A stretch of 63,340 nt of DNA, filler included, from Guillardia theta CCMP2712 (GCF_000315625.1; 7 parts of 7 records of this genome joined end to end with filler, not necessarily neighbours in it), one strand, 5' to 3'. Counted from the first letter of the whole stretch, positions 35,521-49,354 are shown. The notes: generated from the letters alone by a model not told the origin. Made by a program: numbers and translations.

Positions 35521-37614
35521 ATGGCCGGTCCTTCAACGACTCTGGCATGTCTTGTATGTGCCCTCATGTGCTCATCACTTGTATCTGCAGCCTTAAACAA
35601 CACTGTAGTTGATTATGGTTGTGATGGATGTCTCAAAGGGCAAACAATCACTGCTATGTACCTTGCAAACGATTACACTGTTAACGAGGCAGCCAAATTG
35701 AAAATGGAATCCTTGGGCCTGACTTATGATTGTAATGATCCCGTCAAAGCAGTGCCTGAATGCTTTCTGTATTCTAACTGGAACAAGGGAGTTGTGGGTG
35801 ACCTAGCGAACAAGATCTTCTCAAAACTTGGCGCAAACGTGATAGTAAAGACAAAGGCAAACTTCACGGCACAGTCAAAGGCGCTTTATAATGGACCTTC
35901 CTCATTCACTCGATGTGTCTATGAGGTTGCCATAAAAAACGTGGATGTTTGCATTGGGAACTTCTGGGAGACCAATGAGAGAAGACGTCTCGCTACCTTC
36001 ACATCAAGTGAGGAATGAAGTCTCTCTTCAATCGTCAACTGATCCATTATTGTAGGTTTTGATCTCGATGCAATGTTCTTGGTCTCCGCTCCCAAGAATG
36101 GAGTAGGATCCGACAGCTCGACTGATTTCAATCCTTCAGACCTGCTTGCCATTTTCAAGCCTTTCACTCCAGCAGTGTGGGGAGTGACAGTTGCATTCTT
36201 CTTTGCTACTGCAATATGCATGTGGATCCTCGAAGCCGGAGTTGACACTGTCAACGAGAACTTCTCTCATGAGAATGATCAGCTATGGAACATTTCTGGT
36301 TTCTTCATGAGCTTGTGGTTGTCGTTCATGGGATATGTCGGAGGCTCCCATGCACACATGGCAACAAGATGGCCGTCGCGGCTGATTCTGCTGGGTTACG
36401 GCTTCCTCCTTTACATCACGGTTTCTTCTTATACCGCCAACCTTGCGAGTTTCATGGTCAACAAGGCATCAGTTCCCTCGCTGATCAACAGCATCGCGGA
36501 CGCTGGGAAGAAAGGAGTGAGCGTCTGCGTCCTAGATGCGATGGCCAGCTTGATCTACAACTTCGTGCCTAAGGTGAGGGCCGCTGCTGCTTCGTCACTC
36601 CTGATACGTTCTGTTCCTGCAGGAGCAAGTTATTGGATATGACGTGATTGGACCAGCGATCGAAGGAATCTACTCTGGAAAGTGTGGAGCCGTGATAATA
36701 GGAAGGGACTACTATAAGCAGTACATAGTGGCTGAGAAGATCAACTTCAATGTCTGCAAGGATCCTTCGGATCCTAAAGGATTCGAGAAATGTCAAGACC
36801 CTACAAAGAAATCCACCAAGATCTGGCTTGACTGCAAATGTAGCGATTCTACCAAAGATCCCTCGGAATGCAAGAAAGATTGTCCTGACTATAGGAAATA
36901 CTGCGAGCTTCTCACTATTGCGGATGCAAATTTTCAAGTCTCTGTGCCAACTGGATTTCCAGTTGCTCGGGAGTTCGTTGATCATATTTCAGCATCTATT
37001 GTCAACTTTCGGCTTGACGGGACCATTGATCGTTTGTTCAAACTATACATCGACGACAATTTCCAGCCAGTTTGCACCTCAACCGCGGAGAGTGACTCGC
37101 TTGCTTTGGATCTTTTCAGTCTCGCAGGGACATACGTCATCTCAGGGGGCCTGATGGTCATCGGGCTGGTCATGGGAGTCATTGAGATTGTGATGAACAA
37201 GAAGAAGCAACCAAGCGAGGAGAGCGACAGCACGAGTCAGCGAGAAACAGAGGAGGATGTTCCCCTTGGAGTCGCAAAGAGAGCATTCGAGCTGGAGAAG
37301 GTCAAGCATGAGGAGCTCAAGGAGTTTGGACTTGTGGGCAGTGCCAATGATGAAAATGAGAGCGTACGACAACAAATTCAAGTGCTCAATTTCAAAATGT
37401 CGGAAGTGATTCATGAGCTCAGGGAGCTCAAGGTAAGTTTGTTTGAACCTTGTCCTTGCTTTTATGCCCTGGCTCGTTACAAACTGTCAAGCACTGACAT
37501 TGATCTTTGAAGGCAAAATCGCCGAGGTATGGCTCAGCAGACGCCAGCCTTGTCCTCGCATCTGAAGCGAAAGAACGCAGCAAAGGTGCGCATCTCGGAA
37601 GAGAATCTGCATGA
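35521..37614 (+). CDS. Ionotropic glutamate receptor-like ligand-gated ion channel (4 exons)
   Basis: Signal peptide; S1 VDVCIGNFWETNERRRLATFT; M1 IFKPFTPAVW; M3 VSSYTANLASFM; M4 LDLFSLAGTYVISGGLMVIGLV; three GT-AG introns restore the frame. Confidence 0.85.
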
Positions 37615-38205
37615 TGTGCAGGTTCAAGATTGACATGATTCACAGAAACTACTGCAAGTAGGAACAATAAGGAATCTGGGTTCTTCGCAAACAATTGGTG
37701 GCCTATGTCGTCATAGATATTTTGCATTCTCACATCGTGATTGTCACAACGCTAAAAGATATTATGTTCCTGTATTGCTAAAAGAAGATTCATTCCCATA
37801 TTGCTCAGGGATCTTCCATTCTCACTCACTTCATTGAAAGGCATCACATTCTCAGAGTTGACTGCTACAGTAATTGGTTGAGGATAAACAGGTTGGGTCA
37901 AGGGAAACTAAAGAAACGAACAACCGTCAGCAGATTAATACAAGGGTGACTAAGAGAAAGACGAGCTATGATAGGAACAATGAATACCGACGTAGGGTCG
38001 AAACAGAAGACGCCAGGCTCCGAGAATGCAGAGGAATGCTCCACAATGAGAAATGCAACACGATGCAACAGGCTGATGTATGCAGCAGCATCAATACGAG
38101 TCATCTAAGCGACGGACACCATCATCACGGCTACACTTCTCAAACTCTTTCAAGGCGCATCTATACGTATCGATGTAGTAAACAAAATTTGTAGTAACAT
38201 GATGA

Positions 38206-38767
38206 TACTCTAAGAACATACGAAGCGGGTAAGATCCTTTTTCTAAGAACATACGAAGCGGGTAAGATCCTTTTTCTAAGAACATACGAAGCGGGTAAGA
38301 TCCTACTCTAAGAACATAAGAAGCGGGTAAGATCCTACTCTAAGAACATACGAAGCGGGCAAGATCCTACTCTAAGAACATAAGAAGCGGGTAAGATCCT
38401 ACTCTAAGAACATACGAAGCGGGTAAGATCCTTTTTCTAAGAACATAAGAAGCGGGTAAGATCCTACTCTAAGAACATACGAAGCGGGTAAGATCCTACT
38501 CTAAGAACATACGAAGCGGGTAAGATCCTTTTTCTAAGAACATAAGAAGCGGGTAAGATCCTACTCTAAGAACATACGAAGCGGGCAAGATCCTACTCTA
38601 AGAACATAAGAAGCGGGTAAGATCCTACTCTAAGAACATACGAAGCGGGTAAGATCCTACTCTAAGAACATAAGAAGCGGGTAAGATCCTACTCTAAGAA
38701 CATACGAAGCGGGTAAGATCCTACTCTAAGAACATACGAAGCGGGTAAGATCCTACTCTAAGAACAT
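38206..38767 (+). repeat. 32/33-bp minisatellite TACTCTAAGAACATACGAAGCGGGTAAGATCC, about 17 copies
   Basis: Read directly; three recurrent variant sites; no unique spacers. Confidence 0.95.
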
Positions 38768-38799
38768 AGTCACTGTGATTGTTGCTGAACGAATAAGAT

Positions 38800-40400
38800 A
38801 ATAATACACGTATGTACCATATCTCATTGTCTCAATTGCAGAAGCATGAAGCATTTTGACAAGTTTAACAAGGAAGCAAGTCGCTGCTGCTATCTCTCTT
38901 ACACGCTCACAGTTGACGGACTTTGAAGGTGGATGGGGAAGCAATGAACGAAAACAAGACCGAAGATCCGAGATATCAATATCCACCCAGGCGACCAGAC
39001 TAACAGCAACAGGTCAGGACGAAAAGTGAACCGCCAGTTCAATACCTTCTCAACAAGCTGCCGAATTCTCAAGCTGCAAGCGAAAGAGACAGAGAGTAAG
39101 AAAAGGAGCGAGGCAGGAAAAGAGAGACAAGCAGACGCGAGGAGAGGAGAATGGGAAGGAAGGTGTGTGGATAACCAAAAGTACGAGAAGGGCGACGAGA
39201 AGGGCAATTTAAGGAGCAGGGAGCCGGGAGCAGGGATCGGGGAGACGGGAGCAGGGATCTATCAAGTGCAGAGTAAACCTGAAGTCTTCTCGCTGCATGA
39301 GCTGCTGAAGAGAAATACTGATATCAAGTCAGAACCATCAACGATGCGGAAACAGCAGCACCGAGATCTCCAGCGCCAATAATGCTGCGGGTTAGGCGGC
39401 CAGTTGATCTGATCCGCTCTGAAAGAAAACGAGTCAGAGAAGGAACGAGTGAACGTCTGAATCTCAGATAAGAATAAACGAAGCGACAATGAACGAAAAT
39501 GAGGGGCTTTGAAGGGTGGAGAAACAAAGGGGGCGAGAAGCAAAGGGAGAGGAAAAAGTGGGTAAGGAATAAAGCAGGATGGAAGGAGAGAATCCAAGAT
39601 GCCTTGGGTTTGGCGAAGCAAAATGATGATCCATAGCCAAGAAATCCTGAGCTGATTGTCAACCGACATGAACAAGAAAAGAAACAGACAGAAAGGCATG
39701 AGCATGAGCATGATGAGGAGTGGGTACAGAAAGGAGGAGAATGCGAAGAAGCAGACAAACAGCAGCATCAAAAGCCAAAGCCAAAGCAAAGCCGAAGCAG
39801 GAGCATACTCGGGAGCGAAAGAAGTAGGAGGAGCAGGAGCAGCAGTCGATGTAGGAGCAGGAACAGGAGCAGGAGCAGGAGCAGCAGTCGATGTAGGAGC
39901 AGGAGCAGGAGCAGGAACAGGAGCAGGCAGCATAGCAGCGATGGAGTACTGGCATGTTGAAGACATGCCTGAATAGGAAAGACGGCCCAGATTGAGGGAG
40001 ACCACATATGCTGCTCGACGATCATGGAGATGATCTGATATCATAGGTCACAAGCTCGATCCTGCTTGTCTCACTCGCCTCTGTCGAGAACTTGTGAGGA
40101 GGATCTCCCGGGCGCTGCAGCAGAACATTCCAGAACTCCTGGAGAAACCTTGAGAGGTCTAGAACAAGAGCGATAGAAGAAAGCGCAAGGTTAGGAAAGG
40201 CGAGCCGAGGCGAGGCGAGAACAGGGGATGCATGGCAAAGAAAGAAAGATTAGGGTTTAGGATTCTGGTGTTGACCTTTCGAAGATGAGCTGGCATTTCT
40301 TCCCACCATCCGGCAACAGTTGACATGTCATGGCAGGATGGAGTGCAAACAGACAAATAAGGATATCTGAAGCACACGTCACCTTGAGACAACCCCTTCC
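38800..40400 (-). CDS. Probable multi-exon gene of unknown function; boundaries approximate
   Basis: Short GT-AG-bounded segments (for example STGRLTRSIIGAGDLGAAVSASLM) between pyrimidine-rich introns. Confidence 0.3.
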
Positions 40401-41706
40401 TCTCCTTTCCCCTCTTTCCCTTTCCTTCCCCCCCCCCCCTCCCCTCCTCCTTCTATATGTTTAACAGTAGGATGGGGAGGTTTGGAAAGAGGAGATCAAT
40501 GAAAGGAGACATTTTGATGACGGAGAGCCTTGGAAAATTAGCCGGTTNNNNNNNNNNNNNNNNNNNNNNNNNNNNNNNNNNNNNNNNNNNNTTAATTAAT
40601 TAANNNNNNNNNNNNNNNNNNNNNNNNNNNNNNNNNNNNNNNNNNNNATTCTCTCCCTCTCCTCACAGGAAATCTCTCGGATTGAAGTTCCTTCTTTCCC
40701 TCCGTCTCAGGTCTCCTCCTCCTCCTCCTCCTCCTCCTCCTCCTCCTCTTCCTCCTCCTCCTCCGCCTTCTCTCCGCCTTCTCTCCACCTATCTCCACCA
40801 CCTCTTTGCCTCCTCTGCCACACCCTCCCCCTGACTCTGCCTCAGGCGCCGCTACCAGCTGTTCCTTCAGCCCGCGTCCTCCTCTCCTCCCCTCTCTTCG
40901 CGTCGCAGCCGAAGAATTGGTGGGAGTAAAGAAACAACATCGGCTAGGAAACGACATCGACCAACTGTCGAGGGTTGAAAGGGAACTTACTTCTTCATGT
41001 GAATGTTGTGTGAAAGCAAATTCTTCTTCAATGAAAGAACTTCATCAAACTACATTTAATGAATAAAGTACATATCAACATGTACAGCGAGGCTCAACGG
41101 AGCCCAGCTACGATAGAGCTGCTATCTTTTTTTCCGGATTGGGAGGTACAGATTGCGTTTCGTCCAAGTCCAGCTGGACGGAGCAGGCGTGCACCGCCTG
41201 ACTCCTCCTGCTTGGCTAGACGCCCCGCACCACCAAGATACTCAAGTCTCACCAAAGCCGACAGTCGAAAGAAGGTCCACCCCTCCCTCACGACTTCGCG
41301 GCCTTGGGTCTCCAGGAGCTCCCGGCAGTTACTGCACTCGTCTACTCTCACTCGTTCTGATCAGATCCAACCTGACACCCAGCTGCTTTCCCGGCTGCTG
41401 GATTACAGGGAGATCCAATCGAAGCAATCGTCCATAGGAGGCCACCTTGGCTAACCAGCTTTCTCGGCTGGCAAAAGAATGGCCTCGTCTGAACTCTCAA
41501 GCTGCTGTAAACTTGAGAGAGTTTCCCAACTGTTTGTTTTCACTGATCGGAGGTGCGAAGGATGTGAGACGTCCACCGCTCACCCTCGCGTTTTCCTTTC
41601 AGCGCCTTTGTTCAATGCTCCATCGTAACCTGAGCCACCCCCAATGCGGGGATGTGCCGGTCCCTTCACCTCTAGTATACCCCGTCCCCAGTATAGTGAC
41701 AATTGT

Positions 41707-42860
41707 TTAAGCGTGTACACTCAGGTAGTCATCGATGCCGATGCCATGCATGCCACAGAAACCGTTCAGTTCCATCATCTCATCTTCCATGTAGACATGC
41801 GAGCTGTTGTAAGTCACTTGCGCATCCTCTTGTTCGAACGGCAGAGACCAGACCGCTGAGTTAGCCAAGGCAGCCATGAGTTCTGCATCTCCTGCCTCGG
41901 TGGCGTCACCATGGCTGCCGGAAGCTGAACCTTCATGAGACTGCTCCTGCACCACTTGAGCGAAGCTCTCTGACTGTTCACTTCCCGCCTTGGCACAACC
42001 AGCCAACATGGCAATGAGATCTTCGTCCGAAGCTGCCTGTTCAATCGCAAAGTCTTTGGAATTCTCGCTTGTGAAGTCTTCTTCGTCAATGCCGGGCATT
42101 TCATCCATGCAGTCGTCCGCCTGCTCATCTTCGGCGCAATCGTGCACGGAGTCTCGCTCGTCGATAGACAGCTGAGCCTTCCCGTTCACTCCCTTCACCA
42201 CGAAGCAGATGTTTCCACTGCCCTCTGTCATCCTCTTGAGCATCTCCGGTGTGAGAGAAAGCTCAAGCTTCAACGGCTTGCCGTTCTCTTGCACGGTCGT
42301 TGCAATTCTCACCGGGACCTCTGAGTTCTTGGCGACTTCCCGCTTTGTTGGAGAAGGCCAGACCTGGCCTGCAGGAGTTCGAGTTTCACACTCGCGCTCT
42401 GCAAGCGGGGAAGCAACTCTCGCGTTGTAGGAGGGTGAGGTTGAAATAGACGACGTGGCCTCGTATTGACGGGGAGTTGTCGCAACAGAGGCGTCCGACG
42501 CACAGAAGGTAGGCGAGGAAGACCCGGAGCTATCCGTCTGATCCGCAACATCGTTCCACCGCGGGTACGAGCTTACAGCTTGCAGCAGGGAAGGATCATC
42601 CTTCGCTCCGGTCATTGCAGTCTCAAGCTTTCGAAGCTTCTTGTCCAAGCTCTTGATCTGAAAACGAAGTAAGCGAGTGTTCTCAGTCACCACAAGAATA
42701 ATACCTTGCGATACGGCCATCTGTTGATTCCGTTTTGGCGGCAGACCTTCTTCAAAGAGGTGAGGCAGATTCCCAGTTCCTTCGCAACGGCCTTCTCGGG
42801 CATTTTGAAGTACTTGGAAAGCTCTTGCATGGTGAGATCGACGGTTCTCTGAGTTGGCAT
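41707..42860 (-). CDS. RWP-RK transcription factor (one intron at about 42659-42704)
   Basis: LTMQELSKYFKMPEKAVAKELGICLTSLKKVCRQNGINRWPYRK spliced to IKSLDKKLRKLE; acidic C-terminus. Confidence 0.9.
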
Positions 42861-45800
42861 AGCTCTCTGATTCACCAGGTTCACGCTATTGTCTTGTGTT
42901 GGTGTCTTAATCTTGGTGTCTGAACCGAAAGGTGATGACACTCCGTGTATGTTGAAGGTGTTGATTTTTGTGATTTTTTGTTTGTTTTGTTTGTATTCCC
43001 GTTCCCTCTAGAAGATGTCGGTTACCTCGAGCTGCTCCGCAACTACGCAATCAAAACGAACGACCCACCGAGTTGAAGGACAAGTCCAACAGACTACGGG
43101 GGTGGATGGGGTCGTTCGCTCTGACCGCGCAGCTGCTAAGCCAGCTGTAGTGCTCTGATCAACTTGTCTCCTAGGAAGGAGCCCTCCTTGCAAAGTGCAA
43201 GCCTCCAAGTAGTTGAAGGGTGAGCTAGTGCCCCGTCGATGCCTTCAAAGGCTCACTCCCTCTCCCAGAGCTCCTGGGTCAGGATGATGAGGTCGAGACG
43301 CAGAAAGCGAGAGGGAGGGGGAGGACACGACGCGGGTGTAGCAGGGAGGGAGGGCAGCGGGAGGTGCGGGAGGATAGGAGCGAATTAAGCTCTGCCTCCC
43401 CTACTCCCACCCACCCCCTTTCTCGTTTCACCACCCATTGTTTTACCATTCTACACCCCACCCTTTTATATCACCCGTGGGGAATAAGACCACCCCTACC
43501 TTGGAATTCAACACTCACCCACTAACTTATCCCACCCTACCCACACATTGGACACTTTGTCCTGCAAAATATATTTTAAATGGTACTAAATGTATTACCA
43601 GAACAAAAACATTTTCTGTACTGGGTACATGGCATGTACTAGGAAAGCTTGCAGAAGTTCATTGAACTACTGTGATGTATGATATTATAAGTATTTTAAA
43701 TGGTACATCTAATTCAGTGATCTTGCAAGTTTCAGTACCAAAAATTATAAAATATCAACAACACTACCATTTTCTCTAAAGTGATATGTAGAATTCATCC
43801 AAGGACTCAGGTTGTTCAACTCGGTACAAATTGATGTACCGCAAACTTAAAAGTCGATGGGGTAGGGTGGGTAGGGGGTGTGGGGGGCCAGCTCCATAAA
43901 ATCGAGAGGTAAGCTGGTCATCGACAGGGGTGTAAGACTATTGTACAGGGGTAGTGGGAAAAAGGAAAACTGTACGTTATGGTAAGGGTGGGTCATTGAT
44001 AGTCGGATAGGGGGTAATCTGTTCGGAAGGAGCAAAAATGAGGGGTGAGGGCTGTAGGTGGAAGTCGGAACTCGGTGATTGTAGCAAGGGGGGTTGTTAT
44101 ACAATGTTATACAAGTGATAAATTAGTTTATTAATAACTCAACATATTTCTTTTCGGCAGCATTGGGATTGCTCCTGAGATTGAGGGGTTGCAAATAAGT
44201 ATTTTGAGCATCTTTATATTGCATTTACACGATGAAGCTTTTGTTTTTGGATATCTTTTGGATCAGCCGGTACCTTTTTGCATTGGTACTAAAGGTGTCC
44301 TACAAACATTTACCTGGCTCACGGGGGTGGTCTCGGGGGGTAGGGGGTTATTCGATCGCCAATAGAGACCTTGCATTGATCTTTCCGTCTGGCAAGATCC
44401 CTGACAGACAAGGGGACCACCCCTGACTCCCACCCTGTTTTAAATGACCCCTACCCCCTCTTGAAACTCTCCGATTCATGTCCACCCCACGATAGATATA
44501 ACACTACCGTGTCTTCCATGCGTTTTCTCCGAAGCACATCCGAGTATGACCCCCCCATGTTCGATGACCCTACCGAACATCTTCATGCCCCTGGATTCCG
44601 CCTAACGGTCAATCAACCCCACCCTTCCAGCGTCTTGCCTTGTACCTTTGTCTCCGTGCATAAAAATCTATGCGCCGCTGTTTCAGTATTACCAAGATCT
44701 TTGAGAATACTGTGATAAAACATCTAAGAAATGTTTCAAGAGCTGAAATGTATTCAAATACATCTTTCAATTTGAACATTTTTTCAGAACAGATTGAAAC
44801 ATCTAGGAAACATTTATGGAAATCAATATATCATCAATAGAATCTTGCACTTCAAATTGGTTAGGTTGCCAGGGGACCCACCAAGCTCCTCCTTGCAAGG
44901 ACACACCGGGGTAGATCGGATGAAACTCCTTGATAGGGTAGGGTCAAGTTTTCCAGGGGTCAGGGGTACATGTACGATCGACCATAAGGGTGGTAGTAAT
45001 AAAAGCATTCAAACTTGGGGGTAGGGTTATCGTTTGCCCGTCGTAAAGCGATGAGACTGATGAATGGGTTGCTATCGCTTTGTCATCAGTGCCGAATCAA
45101 AACCAATTTAAAATTCAAAGAGACTCTTTTTCACAGAGATGTGACCAGTGTTTAAAAATATAAAATACAGTAATGTAGCAACGGTCGTAAATACTGTCAG
45201 CAAGACTTTTGATCCAGTGGTAGTCCCCATCAAGGGTAGGTGGTGAAAACGGTGGGACGTTTTAGACCAGGGGGTGGGTCTTCATCTGAGAAAGGGGGTG
45301 GGTCTACAAAGTTAATGATGATCACCGTGTAGGGGTAGAGGAAAGCTTTGAGGTATATCCAGGTTGGTTTTGTAAAGGGCAAAGTGGGTATATTGTGGGG
45401 TGGGGTGGTCTTTATCCCATGGCTACTAAATTCGCAGTCAAATAACCAATATTTCAACATCTTCGTCAAACGTTCAAATTCAAAGACGAACAACAATCGG
45501 GTTTTCGAAAGTTGATCCAAAATGTGATACGACTGGATACAAGGCCTTAAAAAAGTTTCGGAGTGGGACCCCACCACCTTGCAAGATTCGGTGTCTTAGA
45601 CCGGTGCATCTGGGTTGCCGGGTGACTAATAACGGATCGATGGTGTAAAGTCCTATGCGAACATATCTTCTGTTTCAGTTTGAAATTGGATGGGAGAATT
45701 TGAAACAATTTGAGCAATGTGAGTTGAGTGCTGATGTCATCCCAATCCGGATCTATATAATATCCCTTTTGAAGAATCTATTTGTACCGGAGATAATCAA

Positions 45801-46584
45801 AATATTTATATAATTCTGTACAGTGCGCTACAGGAGCTTGACATTTAAATTTAAATGTATGTTTAAAATGGCCTCTGGGGCCTCAAGTGTCATCCATCCG
45901 ATCGGGACCTGGCCTCCTATAATAACCCTTTTACCTCACAGATCAGTTTACTATTATTATCAAGCTGTCCCATACCATATGAACTTACAAATATATTAAA
46001 TGTGTACCGCATACAGGTTGATGGTCATTAAATTGTTTTAGAGTTTTAAAGAATGACACCTCGACGCTCAAGGGCCGTCATCCTGTCATCGGTACAGTGT
46101 TTGCCTCAATCAGGCTCCGGAGGCTCCGACTTAAGTCACCTGCCGAGTCACGCCAGACCCGGCCGGGCCGGCCGCCGCGGCCGCCCGGCGGGGCCCGGCG
46201 TGACTGGCAGCGGCGGCGGCGCACTGACCGTACGGGCCGACCGGGACCGTGGCAGCCTCCGCGGCCGGGGAGTCAGCCTCAGCCGAATCATCCGACCGCT
46301 CCCGACTCGGCGAGCCTCCCCCCGGTGCCGCGGTGGCACCGGGAGTCACACGCAGCCGTCCGGCGGGCCGGGCCCGGCGCTCGCCAGGCACTCCGAGGCT
46401 CCGATCAGTGACTGACTACTCGGGCCGCACACGCGGCAAGTTTCGGCAGCGCCAACCCATCCAGCTAGTCACTGGGAATAGAAAATTGGCGTCGAATTTG
46501 GCGCACCAAAATGTCAATAGTTTTCGAAGAGCAGCATCAGGAGGAGGAGGAGGAGGAGGAGGAGGAGGAGGAGGAGGAGGAGGA

Positions 46585-46620
<36 letters not shown>

Positions 46621-47482
46621 GAAGCAGCAGCAGCAGGAGCAGCAGCAGCAGCAGCAGCAGCCATGAACGCTATCGAGCACCATGAACGCTCTCGAGCACA
46701 AGAACAGCAAGTTACCATGAACGCTCTCGAGCACAAGAACAACAAGTTAAGCAGGAAGGGTAGAGAGACAAGTTTTGTTAGAGCAGAGAGTGAGAGAGGA
46801 CAAGATTGAATAGATGCGTGGAATATGAAGTCATCTTATTCGGAAGATTATGCCAAAACAACGCAGTTATACTTTGACGATGTCGATCATAAGCCCATGA
46901 AAGAAGAAGAGCGCGAAGAGAGCATTGAGAAGGAATCCTCTCAGGATTCCCAGTGTGCATTCTCACTTCTCTGGTACCCACCATTGATGGCATGCAGCGC
47001 AGGAGGGTCGGGGATGCACGAGGACTTTGTCCGTCACGAGTCGTCTAGGCGATCGACCGGCAGCAGCACGCGTGAAGGAGATGGCTCCGCTGCGACCTCG
47101 CGCCTTGGCGGCATCGGGGTGGCGCTTTCACTGGGGGTCAGTCGAGACTTAGAAACGGCAGGGGAACGAGCGTTTTACATCTCCAAGCTCGACAGGTTCG
47201 GATGGCCTGCCAATGCTGAACTGCCAAATCTGACTGATCGTCTTCACTGTCTCGTTCCTCGCCTCCCTTCCTTCCTCCCTCTCCTCCTTCCTATCATGAT
47301 CCTCCCTCTCTTCCTCCCTCTCTTCCTCCTCCCTCCCTCCCTCCCTCCCTCCCTCCCTCTCTTCCTGCGAGCGTCGGGATTCNNNNNNNNNNNNNNNNNN
47401 NNNNNNNNNNNNNNNNNNNNNNNNNNTTAATTAATTAANNNNNNNNNNNNNNNNNNNNNNNNNNNNNNNNNNNNNNNNNNNN

Positions 47483-48013
47483 TCGGGGGTTTTTTATGTT
47501 TCCCTTTGAGATTTGAACCTTTTTCCAAAGGGATTTCCTTCCCCTTTGAAGGAAGGGAACGGGGGAGGGTTCGGCTTCCATGGCTATTGGCATCCCTTTC
47601 ATCCTCGTGGTCATGGCCAGCTGATCTGTTGCTGCCAAGAATGACGAGCGTCTTCTCAGGGTGGAATCTTGCGAAGAGCCGGCAAGAGGAAGGTTGAGGA
47701 AATATTTCAATGCCCCGTCCTCATGCGCAATGTAAAAGATTGCGCTGATAACAACATCGTCGTCAGGTTTCATATCTGTTGTCACTGTTTTACCTTGCAG
47801 CGTTCTTGGGGGGAAGATTGTTGGATCGAGAGGATGGGAACATGTCAGTATGTTACCAGTCGCTGCAGGTTCAAGGGCAAGATCTCACCTGTGCTGTTCG
47901 TGCTTCCTTACACAAGCAGAGGTCAACCAACAGCTGTCAAAACATGAAGCATTCAGTTGGAGAAAAAGGAAAAGGTGTGAGACGAGGAGCAAGACGGGGG
48001 GCAGGAGGAGGGG

Positions 48014-48055
<42 letters not shown>

Positions 48056-48279
48056 ATCTGTTGTTGTTGTTGTTGCTGCTGATGGAATGTGAAGATAAAG
48101 ATCACGGTTACAATGATATCGTGTTAGCTCTCACAGATAGAATGGAGTTGCGCAAGAAGGTGTGGCGAGCGCTTCTAGTGCAGAGGGAGAGGCGCGATAT
48201 GATGAGCGAGAAGTTCAGCTGCAGTTCAGCTTCTTGAGGAAGAATCATTTCGTCCGCATCTTGGAAAGATTTAGTTTGA

Positions 48280-48368
<89 letters not shown>

Positions 48369-48999
48369 AATTCCTCCGTTTCTGTTTTCTGATTCTCTCC
48401 CATACACCCCGGCCGCTCCTCCATCCTCCGTCTCTCCATCCCTTCCCTTCCTCCTCCTCGTCCTCACTCTCCCATCCTCCTCTTCTCGTCTTCTCCTCCC
48501 AGCCCCTCCCTCTGTCTCTCCGTCTCTCCGTCTCTCCTTCCCTCCTCCCTCCCTCCTCCCTCCTCGCTCTCTCCTCTCTCCTCTCTCTTTCCCTGCTTCC
48601 CACTTACCGTGGATCGCAACCAACAATCTCTGCGATGGCATGACATCCTACGGCCCAGTTCGCGTCAGAGCCAGCGGCTCCTCCCTCCTCTCACCTTCAT
48701 AATTTCGCTGACCCGCGACATGCTCTCGTCCAGGAGCCTGCTCCTGCTCGTCACTGCAGGACTCGAGCAAGCGACTGAACCTGAGCAGGTCGTTTCCCTC
48801 CTGGTTGTCGAGGTTCGCTAGCACAGAGCCACTGCAGGAAGGAGAGCAGAATTGAGATGTAGGGGAGAGAGGGGAAGGAGGAGAGGGAGGAGGAGGGAGG
48901 GAGAGGAGTGAGGATAATGATGATGATGATGATGTCAAATATGATGATGATGTTGATGATGATGATGATGGAGATGATGATGATGGAGATGGAGATGGA

Positions 49000-49039
<40 letters not shown>

Positions 49040-49303
49040 TCAAATATGATGATGATGTTGATGATGATGGAGATGATGGAGATGGAGATGGAGATGATGA
49101 TGATGATGATGATGCATGATGATGATGGAGAAGAAGAAGATGTTGACAACAAAGATAACATTCAAAAAGAAAGGTCCCGAGGTAAAGAAAAATGTGAAAG
49201 TCAATCTGTTAACCTGCATGCTGTCAACAGCTGCGCGATTGCCTTCAACAGATACTCATCCACTTCACTCGCCTGCAAACTCGCGAAATCAAAAACCAAT
49301 CCT

Positions 49304-49354
<51 letters not shown>

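Noticed and set aside
38206-38767. CRISPR array (32-33-bp repeats)
   Set aside because: Units are head-to-tail with no unique spacers, no cas genes are present and the context is eukaryotic.
47090-47200. PDZ domain (LGGIGVAL...FYISKL)
   Set aside because: Suggestive, but too short and cut by an intron and the contig end to call.
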